Below, piece after piece: positions 34,002 to 41,879 of a DNA stretch of 64,000 nucleotides. How positions within the stretch are numbered: the first letter of the stretch is position 1; every line of letters begins with the position of its first letter. The notes under the pieces were generated by a model. The model was not told where the DNA came from. It searched no databases and saw nothing but the letters and a program-made list of their open reading frames with translations. The position numbers and the translations under genes were made by a program. Origin of the DNA: Bacteroidales bacterium OttesenSCG-928-B11 (GTDB lineage Bacteria; Bacteroidota; Bacteroidia; Bacteroidales; WCHB1-69); the NCBI GenBank assembly GCA_030267125.1, contig JAJDJJ010000001.1:6249-70248 (forward strand). The letters are read 5' to 3'.

Positions 34002-36419
34002 TTAAATCAAATTATCTTTAAAATAGGCTTCATTATCAAAATGAACCCAAAACTCTTTTTCGCCATCTCTATCCGGATCAAAATGGCGAATACTTATTTC
34101 TATCCACTTCCGGTTATTGAGTGTTTTGATTGCGTACTGCACAATCTCATCTTCTGTAAAATGCTCATTTTTTGAAGATTTACAGCCGGAAAGCGGGAGT
34201 AGTTTCCTCTCTATTTCATCCCAATCCGAGGGCGAGGAGATCTCTTTTCCCCATGTCTTCAAGTGCAGAGCAATAGCTCCTCCCTGATATTTCGGGGAGA
34301 AGTGTTTTCCCTCATTTTCATAATCCGGACAGCGAAAGCCGATAATTTCATTGATTTTGAATTTACTATCCAACTTTTGAGCCATATAAAATCGCAACGC
34401 GCTCACCGTCCACAACAAAGCGGGATGTATGCCGTGGCTTTTTCCCCAAGAGTTGCACTTATTGCAGCGGCAGGTATAGGCTTCCAACGGTTCTCTGTAT
34501 TTTTTCGAGAAAGTCTTCATGGCGGCCAATGTTTCAAGGTCAACAACGCCTGTAGGCAGTGCCATCTTCATGTAATCCCTTTGGAATTGCCTTACACACT
34601 GTTCGGTGCGATCGGTGAAATATTCGGAAGGCGCGGTACCGCCAAATCCGGACAAGCGAAGATTAATCTGTCGTACAACCTCTCCCAGATCTCCGTTTTT
34701 ATAAAGTGTCATTCGCTGCATCTGCTCTACAAAATAGACCGGATGAAAGTGATACGGAAGATAATTTCCCTTCAGTTCCGGAACCTGATCCCAAAATCCA
34801 TAATCCAAAAATTTCTTTTGCAGCGAATCAAGGTGAGGCTCTTTGGCATCCAAGATGGTCTTTCTCATCTCCGGATCTTCATATTTGGCGTAAAATTCAA
34901 TAATAGTATCCAATTCGGAGATGAAATAGTTCGCGGTCGCTTCTCCGGCCCATTCGGTATAATGCGTGGCAATCATACCCATAAATTGTCGGGCAATAGT
35001 GCTATCTTTCATCATCAACTTCATCTTCTCATCAGCACTAAAAGGGTCTCCACCAACATATTGACTATATAGTGAACCCTCTTCATCGCGCAATTGGGCA
35101 ATATATTTTTTGAGAAACTCTTCATGCCCGGAATAGATAAATTGATCGGGGAACCAATCTATTGTATTACGATCCACGATATGAAACCCCCAACGATGCC
35201 AGTCCCAAGAAGATACGGTTTGGAAGAGATCATCATTCTCTTTAATGCGCAACCAACGATCATGATATTTGATGAAATACCAGAACGTGTCTTCCTGCTC
35301 CGCTTTTCTTTGAAAGGGAATCATATACCCTGCTGCAAAATTGAATTTTTTGTCAATATGATTTTCCACAGAGCTAAACATCTGCTCCAGAACTCTTTTC
35401 GGCAGCTCGATCGTATTGTCTTTCGGGTCTTTTTTCCGGTGCATCAACAAATGGGAATCAATCCAGAAAGAGGAGGGATGATCCTTGTAATCAATCCAAA
35501 GCAAAAGGCGTTCCCGATTGGAGCCATCTTTGGGGAGCTCTTCCTGAAGTTGCAATCGGTTATTATTCCAAAGCATTCCATCGAACTTGTTATTCACTCG
35601 TTTGAAAGCAGTTTCCGGAACAGCATAACTATTGGTTTGGGCATCAAAGATGATATCCTTTTTGAAGATGACCCGTTTCTTTTTAACAATTTTTATCTTT
35701 GAAAAGCCATTTTTCTGTTCTAAAACCTGCACCGACCAGCTCCCTTTGATTTTGCGTGGAGGATACTGTTGCAAAGCGGCGGGTTTTAGAAGCTGGATAT
35801 GGCTTTTTAAAAGAGTGTCGTATTTGATGTTGGCGGATAGTAGATTGTGAATGGTATTGATATCGAAAGAGAATATTTCAAAATGGCACACTTTGTAGTT
35901 TGCTATTTTATTTACGCCACAGAAACCGGTATAGCCCAATTCGGTTCCGGCGGGGATTTTAATATTGCAATTGCCGATACCGTTTAAAGGGAAACGGGCT
36001 TCATCCCATCTATCCGCATGATCCGGGGATTGGAAAAATGAGGGAATTGTTCTCTTCTGTCTAACGATTTCCGAAATTGGAAGCAGGTGCATATAAAGCG
36101 AATAGAAGATAAACTCTTTCTGGTCTAATGGGTTGTTTTTATCAGAATAGGAGAAATGATGTTTTAGTAAGATGAAATTTCGCGAGTAGTATGTCGGGCG
36201 CGGATCATTGGTGGTTTTAGGAGCGGAAAGATATTCATTGTCAAAGCGATAGGCTATTATCTCTCCATCGGAAATAGAGCGAACCATCTCATCTCCTTCG
36301 AGATGAGCGCCGCCATGCCAGGTTCCGGATCTACCGAGAGGATAAGTTCCCCCGATAGGATGCGCTCGAAAATAGTCGTCAGTGGAATGAATAGAAGATA
36401 TGGGATAGTAAAAATGCAT
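34002..36419 (-). CDS. Large putative T6SS cargo effector with LytM/M23-like N-terminal domain and peptidoglycan-binding-like C-terminal region
   Basis: It lies immediately downstream of vgrG and the DUF4280 gene. The M23-like pattern is WHGGAHLEGDEMVRSISDGEIIAY ... YSLYMHL ... GTELGYTG ... KVCHFEIFS, with the metal ligands partly substituted. A PG_binding-like segment is present (CVRQFQRDYMKMALPTGVVDLETLAAM). A Cys-rich stretch follows (CRCNKCNSWG). There is no signal peptide. Confidence 0.55.
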   Translation of the reverse strand: MHFYYPISSIHSTDDYFRAHPIGGTYPLGRSGTWHGGAHLEGDEMVRSISDGEIIAYRFDNEYLSAPKTTNDPRPTYYSRNFILLKHHFSYSDKNNPLDQKEFIFYSLYMHLLPISEIVRQKRTIPSFFQSPDHADRWDEARFPLNGIGNCNIKIPAGTELGYTGFCGVNKIANYKVCHFEIFSFDINTIHNLLSANIKYDTLLKSHIQLLKPAALQQYPPRKIKGSWSVQVLEQKNGFSKIKIVKKKRVIFKKDIIFDAQTNSYAVPETAFKRVNNKFDGMLWNNNRLQLQEELPKDGSNRERLLLWIDYKDHPSSFWIDSHLLMHRKKDPKDNTIELPKRVLEQMFSSVENHIDKKFNFAAGYMIPFQRKAEQEDTFWYFIKYHDRWLRIKENDDLFQTVSSWDWHRWGFHIVDRNTIDWFPDQFIYSGHEEFLKKYIAQLRDEEGSLYSQYVGGDPFSADEKMKLMMKDSTIARQFMGMIATHYTEWAGEATANYFISELDTIIEFYAKYEDPEMRKTILDAKEPHLDSLQKKFLDYGFWDQVPELKGNYLPYHFHPVYFVEQMQRMTLYKNGDLGEVVRQINLRLSGFGGTAPSEYFTDRTEQCVRQFQRDYMKMALPTGVVDLETLAAMKTFSKKYREPLEAYTCRCNKCNSWGKSHGIHPALLWTVSALRFYMAQKLDSKFKINEIIGFRCPDYENEGKHFSPKYQGGAIALHLKTWGKEISSPSDWDEIERKLLPLSGCKSSKNEHFTEDEIVQYAIKTLNNRKWIEISIRHFDPDRDGEKEFWVHFDNEAYFKDNLI

Positions 36420-36500
36420 TATAACAGACTATTAAATTATATAGATAATTTCTTTATAACTCCCTGTTGAACAATAGACAGGGATTCAGATTCCTTTTGA

Positions 36501-36971
36501 TCAGAATCCAAATTCAATTTCAAAAGCACCTCCTCCAAAACTTTTGGCATTAAATTGATGGCCTCGGGAGTTGACAGTACCGGCACCTTCGGCGCAAGTT
36601 TTCCCGGTAGTAATAAAATCAATCATTCCACCCCAGAGGCAGGTAAGTTTGCAATTATCCAGCAGTGCCGGCATATTTTTCAGCAGTACGGTAGGAGCGC
36701 CGGGAGCCCACGGAGCAACGGTATTTGGGATGCACGGCATCGGGGTCAACACGCCGAACGCCGCCGCTGTGGCCGCCGCAACTTGCGGATTAGCCATGGA
36801 TTTGCACATCCCGAAAGGCAAAATGTTCACCATGGGTTTCATATCCATAATGTTGGCCATAGGCATACTCCCCGCCACCAAAACCATCTTGTCCGGTAAA
36901 ACCATAAAGGTGGATGGCGCCATGCCGAAACTGCATTTTATAGTTGCACTATTGCAGACGAAATTTGCCAT
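36501..36971 (-). CDS. DUF4280 (PAAR-like) spike-tip protein
   Basis: The N-terminus (VCNSATIKCSFGMAPSTFMVLP...MANIMD..P.VNI.PFGMC.S..NP) is the characteristic DUF4280 pattern. Its start is 4 nt after the vgrG stop. Confidence 0.7.
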   Translation of the reverse strand: MANFVCNSATIKCSFGMAPSTFMVLPDKMVLVAGSMPMANIMDMKPMVNILPFGMCKSMANPQVAAATAAAFGVLTPMPCIPNTVAPWAPGAPTVLLKNMPALLDNCKLTCLWGGMIDFITTGKTCAEGAGTVNSRGHQFNAKSFGGGAFEIEFGF

Positions 36972-36974
36972 GAA

Positions 36975-38948
36975 TTAACTTAATTTGATCATTTTTCCAG
37001 CTATATCTAACATCGCGCCGCCATCAATTTTCATAGTGGCATTTGCTTTCTGTTCAAAAGTGGCACCGGCTACAATTTGAACTTTTGAGTTGGCATCCTG
37101 CACAATATCGGTCGCTTCGACGGTGAATTTCTTGGCCGCCGCGATTTCCATATTGCTGCCGACAGAGATCGACGAATCTTTATTCACCGAATGTGAATGT
37201 TTCTGGCCGACAGATACATCCAAATTCTTGCCCGCCGTCTCCGTGATATTCTCTTTCACATCAATATCCAAATTCTTACCCGCCGTCTCTTTCACATTTT
37301 CGCCTGTCTCGCGCGTGAAATCTTTTTTCGCTTTCATGCTGATATTCTCTTTCGCTTCGAGAATAATATCCTTCTCGGCAAGCAACTCTATATTTCCGGT
37401 CGATTGCAAGCGAATCAATTTGTCATCGGTAGAGAAAGTGAGAATGTAGTTCTCCTTATCATTGTCATAGATTCTGATAAATCCGCCATCATCCGCATCA
37501 TTGATCTCAATCGTGTGACCGCTTCGCGTCCGGATACCTTTGATGTTGTTATCATCATTATACCAATTACTTCCAGGATTTTGCTTCCCGTGATAAAGCG
37601 TTCCGATGATGTAAGGTTTTTCACCATTTCCATTTTCAAAACCCACCATCACCTCTTCATCAATTTCGGGGATGAAGTAGTGTCCTTTATTATCTCCCCC
37701 GTAGGGGTGTGTCATGCGGATCCAGGGAGAGATCATATCCTCAGCCCAGATCTCTTGCCAAGAAAACTGAACACGAATGCGTCCTAATTTTCTTGGATCT
37801 TTATTATCTTTAACGATAGCGCGTTGCGCATCCATAACCGGATAGAGATCCGAGTTAGTGTAGGGAGGATAATCGCACGTGCCGGATAGAGCAACGATAT
37901 TGTTCTCGTAATGTCCGAGCAAAGAGACATGGTGCTCGATCCGGGTGACTAACATCTCTTCATGAGAGGTGTCTTCGTCTCCGCTATCGGTTTCATAACT
38001 GTCATTCATCGTGATTTTACTACCCAAGGCAATGTCTGCGCGGGTAGTGCTTATTTTGCAAACCATCATTTGCATTTTCGCACCCAATCCTTCGACGGAT
38101 ACGGAATTTTTGAGCTGCTCAACGTCATTGTCTTCAGCGGTACTACTGTGAAGATAGCGGAGCGTTTTTTTCTTGTAAGCAGATTTAGAATGTTTAAAAG
38201 CTATTTCATTCATTTTGTCTGCTTTCTCTTTGTTGTGATCTGCCGCGGATTCAAAGGGAACTCTGTAGTCTATATAGTTATGCTCCCCATGCATGAAATG
38301 GGGATGCCGCATTTGAAGTTCGTATTCAAATCCGGTTACATCATGATCTTGTTCAAGTTCTAACGTAGTGGGATTTACCGCTTTTCCGAAGATCATCTTG
38401 CCATCCGAAAAGTAGAAATATTCGCCATAGCGTTGTGCTAAGCGGGAAAGGAAGTCGTATGTCGTTTCATTATATTGGACAACGTATGGAATCTTGGTGG
38501 TCTCTCGCGGAGATATTTCAACTTTAAGATCAGAGTATGCCGAAATAGCATCGGTTACAATATCTTTCAATGTTTTTTTCTCGTATGAATAGCAATGGGG
38601 GCTATCTATAAGAAGATAATCCGGGCTATAGGCGGTGATTTTATAGACTATTCCTTCGAAAGAGACATTGAAAATAATCCCGCTGAAAGTAAGTTCTTCT
38701 TTGCAGATATTTTCATCCTGATCACGGCGCATAGTCACTATCTTGCAGTCAACTGTAGCTTCTAACATCTTATCCGACAGTGAAAAGGTGACATCATCTT
38801 TGCTTTTTATCAAACTCTTTTTTCGCATTGAAAAACGGAGTTCATTGGGTTTTAGAAATTCCTGAATTAACTGAAGCTCTAAGACTTCGTAGTCTTCATA
38901 TAGTTCTCCGTTAATTTTAACTTCTACTAATTCTGTTAAAACCGCCAT
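36975..38948 (-). CDS. vgrG: T6SS spike protein VgrG
   Basis: Has a gp27-like N-terminal region. The gp5 OB-fold block is LGRIRVQFSWQ...WIRMTHPYGGDNKGHYFIPEIDEEVMVGFENGNGEKPYIIGTLYHG. A repetitive beta-helix tail follows. Confidence 0.9.
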   Translation of the reverse strand: MAVLTELVEVKINGELYEDYEVLELQLIQEFLKPNELRFSMRKKSLIKSKDDVTFSLSDKMLEATVDCKIVTMRRDQDENICKEELTFSGIIFNVSFEGIVYKITAYSPDYLLIDSPHCYSYEKKTLKDIVTDAISAYSDLKVEISPRETTKIPYVVQYNETTYDFLSRLAQRYGEYFYFSDGKMIFGKAVNPTTLELEQDHDVTGFEYELQMRHPHFMHGEHNYIDYRVPFESAADHNKEKADKMNEIAFKHSKSAYKKKTLRYLHSSTAEDNDVEQLKNSVSVEGLGAKMQMMVCKISTTRADIALGSKITMNDSYETDSGDEDTSHEEMLVTRIEHHVSLLGHYENNIVALSGTCDYPPYTNSDLYPVMDAQRAIVKDNKDPRKLGRIRVQFSWQEIWAEDMISPWIRMTHPYGGDNKGHYFIPEIDEEVMVGFENGNGEKPYIIGTLYHGKQNPGSNWYNDDNNIKGIRTRSGHTIEINDADDGGFIRIYDNDKENYILTFSTDDKLIRLQSTGNIELLAEKDIILEAKENISMKAKKDFTRETGENVKETAGKNLDIDVKENITETAGKNLDVSVGQKHSHSVNKDSSISVGSNMEIAAAKKFTVEATDIVQDANSKVQIVAGATFEQKANATMKIDGGAMLDIAGKMIKLS

Positions 38949-38984
38949 GGTATTTTTTTTAATAATATAAATAGATCCTTTTTA

Positions 38985-39383
38985 TCAGAAGAGATGAAAT
39001 TCGCAGTTATCTCCAAATTTAATAACTCCCGCTGAAATAGTGAGTTTCATAATCATCTGGGAATCGGTTTCTTTATTGAAATTTTCAGAAAGCCCGACAC
39101 AATAGGCATCTCGAAATCCGAAACACCGGGTTGAGTCTACATGATTATTGTTTACGATGAAAGTGATGACTCCATCTTTAGAGGCAAACTTGTCTCTCAT
39201 CCATTCGTGAAAAATCAGGTCTGTGTCATCGGGAGCAACGATAGTGATATTGATTAATCCTCCCTTCGGACTTTCGGAAGGTCTTCCGTTTGAATCAATC
39301 TCTTGCGTAAACTCGTATTCACATTCTATCACATCATACTCTACATTGCTGCCTTCGATTTCAAATGTTGCCTTGAGTGCCAT
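38985..39383 (-). CDS. hcp: Hcp/TssD tube protein paralogue 2
   Basis: The 132-aa protein has the same layout as the upstream Hcp (V.ECEYEF.Q..D..GRP...P.GG.I.I......D....EWM......DG.I.F). It is adjacent to vgrG. Confidence 0.7.
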   Translation of the reverse strand: MALKATFEIEGSNVEYDVIECEYEFTQEIDSNGRPSESPKGGLINITIVAPDDTDLIFHEWMRDKFASKDGVITFIVNNNHVDSTRCFGFRDAYCVGLSENFNKETDSQMIMKLTISAGVIKFGDNCEFHLF

Positions 39384-39491
39384 AATTCTTACTATTTATT
39401 ACATTTACTTTATTTAAGAAAGAAATGGAATGAGGAACGATCCGAAGAACTCCTCATTCCATAAAGTGCTCATCCAATAGGATTTGTCAGA

Positions 39492-39884
39492 TTACTTCCA
39501 TGCGTTTTCAAATTTAACAGGACCACAAGCGATCTCTTGGCAAGAGATTTCGATCTCTTCCGTATGACCTTCATTGTCTTCCCAACTTTCGGTGAAGTTA
39601 ACGCAATATCCTTTTTTGAAAGCGATGCTTTTCATTTTCTCACCTTTGATGGTGTCGTTGAAAATAATTTCTCCATCTTTGTGTAAGTAAGGAGAGAGCA
39701 TCCATTTCAAAAGATCCGGATTGCCATCGTTGTACGCTTTACAACGAATTGTGATTTTTCCACCGCGTGGAATACCGGACATTTGTCCTTCCTGGTCGGT
39801 AGCTTGTTCAAAGGAATAGTTGAATCCTAATACTTCGCGTTCTTTGAAGCCGTCAACTTTTAATGTTACTGGTGTTGTTGCCAT
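39492..39884 (-). CDS. hcp: Hcp/TssD tube protein
   Basis: A 130-aa Bacteroidota-type TssD with the pattern VLGFNYSFEQATDQEGQMSGIPRGGKITIRCKA...LLKWM...DGEIIF. It lies directly downstream of tssC. Confidence 0.8.
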   Translation of the reverse strand: MATTPVTLKVDGFKEREVLGFNYSFEQATDQEGQMSGIPRGGKITIRCKAYNDGNPDLLKWMLSPYLHKDGEIIFNDTIKGEKMKSIAFKKGYCVNFTESWEDNEGHTEEIEISCQEIACGPVKFENAWK

Positions 39885-39935
39885 AATTTTGTTTGTTTAA
39901 GTTTGTAATTTAATGAATACTACATGTGTCTATTT

Positions 39936-41303
39936 TTATTCCGATTCACACTCTTTTGTTTTTTTATCTGCCGCTAATTTGATTACGAAATTCTTTGCAG
40001 CATAATAGGGAGTTAAGTCCAAGTCCACAGTAATCCTTTTTGTAACAGGATCTTGCTTAGGCTCTTTAATATCATATTTCTGGAAAAGATTTCCATAGCC
40101 GGAGTAATTACTCAGGAAGCTTTGAATTTTAGCTTTCAGATTATCCGGGGAGTTGTAGGGATCCCAGTTTTCTAAAGCTACTTCATGAACATAATTCATC
40201 AATACTTTTTTGATCCAATCGAATACGCGAACAATCGGATACTCCTTCATCGCGTCATTGTCTCCATTATATAATGTATTATTATTGAATGCCATAACAC
40301 GCCCTTCGGAATACACCATCGGAATAACCTGATTGTCCATCAACGCCGCGATTTCAGATTTCAACAGATCTAATTTCACGCCCTTCACTTCATTGAGTGT
40401 TCCATATTTTTTACCACCGGAGCCTTGTGCCATATTGGCTGTTTCATCATATAATTTGCCGGCCAGAGCTGCGGAAGGTGGGATATAGAATGCTGGATCA
40501 TCTTCTTCTACGAATGATAATTTCTCGGTCTCTCTACCTACTACCCAGTTTGCGGTCATCACCACATTTTGCAATGCCTGATCGCTATCTCTGTAATCTT
40601 GCGTGTTCTCTTTCAGGTCATCGAAAGAGTACTCGTTTGCGTGGTCGGTGATCAATAACACTTTATATTTGAAAGCAATTTTAGCCCATTTCAGCAAAGT
40701 CGGTTTATCTTTAAAATTGTACCCCGGAATAACCAAGAGGCTGTAGCTATCTTTCAAACTCAAGCGGTCGAAAGCATTTTTAAGCAAATGGTCAATGGTG
40801 CCGGAAAATTCAGATTCGCTATCTTCCAGATCTTCTTTGTTCACATTGACAATTTTCAGATTTTTCAACTTGTCACTGTTTGCATTCCGATAGAATGTGT
40901 CTAAGGTGCGATAGGAAATTTCCAGATTGCGGGTTGCTTCCAATGCGTCGGTAATACCTTGTTTTAAAAGCCCTTGGTATTTCTTCTCATTCTCTTTGCA
41001 AAGATCGGCATACTCTGTCGCGCTGTTTTTATTCTGGTTAAGAATTTCCAACCAACCTTTCAGCTCATCTTGCAGACGAGTTCTTTTATCTTTAAAACGA
41101 GCTTCAGTCAGGAAGATATTTTTAGCCGCTTTTTTTGCGGGATTCATATCTTCCGCGTCCGGAATAATTCCTTTTACGGCAAAGAATCCGCCAAAATCCG
41201 CTAAAAGATTGGCCATGTCTTTGCTCACCTGTTGTTGAACCTGTTGTTTAACTTCGCCCTCCGGTGATTGCGCTTTATCTTGTTGTAATTTAGGATCTGC
41301 CAT
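39936..41303 (-). CDS. tssC: T6SS contractile sheath large subunit TssC
   Basis: At 455 aa it has the size and position (after tssB, before hcp) of T6SS-iii TssC. A sheath-like central block is present (YSLLVIPGYNF...LLKWAKIAFKYKVLLITD). Confidence 0.7.
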   Translation of the reverse strand: MADPKLQQDKAQSPEGEVKQQVQQQVSKDMANLLADFGGFFAVKGIIPDAEDMNPAKKAAKNIFLTEARFKDKRTRLQDELKGWLEILNQNKNSATEYADLCKENEKKYQGLLKQGITDALEATRNLEISYRTLDTFYRNANSDKLKNLKIVNVNKEDLEDSESEFSGTIDHLLKNAFDRLSLKDSYSLLVIPGYNFKDKPTLLKWAKIAFKYKVLLITDHANEYSFDDLKENTQDYRDSDQALQNVVMTANWVVGRETEKLSFVEEDDPAFYIPPSAALAGKLYDETANMAQGSGGKKYGTLNEVKGVKLDLLKSEIAALMDNQVIPMVYSEGRVMAFNNNTLYNGDNDAMKEYPIVRVFDWIKKVLMNYVHEVALENWDPYNSPDNLKAKIQSFLSNYSGYGNLFQKYDIKEPKQDPVTKRITVDLDLTPYYAAKNFVIKLAADKKTKECESE

Positions 41304-41321
41304 GATTATATCTCTTAAAGG

Positions 41322-41879
41322 TTATTTACTGTTATTTAATTCTTCCAACATAATCTCAATCATTGCCTTGAACTCATCCCGGCTCTTTTCATCTTTGAGA
41401 ATATCTCTTAACTTTTTATTCTGCTCGATCTGTTTACGAACTTTCGTATTGATATCCGCTTTCATCTTGATATCCGACAAAAACGCGCTGTTAGAAACTA
41501 AATTTCCTCTGCCGCCATTGGCTTCGAAATCTTTAATCGAGTTGAAATGGAGCGTCTCGTTCACACTACCACCCTCTTCATCGGTAAAGGAAACTTCCAC
41601 ATTGGGCTTGAAGTGGTCGAATACATCTTTTATGGTATCTCCACCTTCGAATAGTTCGGGATTTCCAACTTCTGCATCAGAAGTGTACTGGTCGCAGATA
41701 ATAGATTTGTTATTGTCTATCAAACTGACTTTAGCATTTGATTCTTCATCTTCTGCGTGTGAAATAAAATTTTCTTTTAACATTTTTTGAGATTTTAATG
41801 ATACATATTTATTTTCAATTCTATCTTTTTTAAATAAAGATCTGATTTTACTTTTTAACCATTGTATTAGCTTTTCCAC
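41322..41879 (-). CDS. tssB: T6SS contractile sheath small subunit TssB
   Basis: A small acidic protein immediately upstream of tssC and 3' of clpV. The longest ORF overlaps clpV by 13 nt. An internal Met at 41783 would give a more typical length of about 150 aa. Confidence 0.55.
   Translation of the reverse strand: MEKLIQWLKSKIRSLFKKDRIENKYVSLKSQKMLKENFISHAEDEESNAKVSLIDNNKSIICDQYTSDAEVGNPELFEGGDTIKDVFDHFKPNVEVSFTDEEGGSVNETLHFNSIKDFEANGGRGNLVSNSAFLSDIKMKADINTKVRKQIEQNKKLRDILKDEKSRDEFKAMIEIMLEELNNSK

Noticed and set aside
34263-35702. Long plus-strand ORFs (269 aa and 202 aa) inside the effector gene
   Set aside because: They lie opposite an 805-aa ORF that has recognisable domain motifs and operon-consistent junctions. 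The antisense translations have no motifs and are typical shadow ORFs in AT-rich DNA.
36437-36978. A 61-aa minus-strand ORF and 114-aa and 135-aa plus-strand ORFs overlapping the DUF4280 gene
   Set aside because: The DUF4280 frame carries the family signature. The others overlap it entirely or partly and lack any signal.
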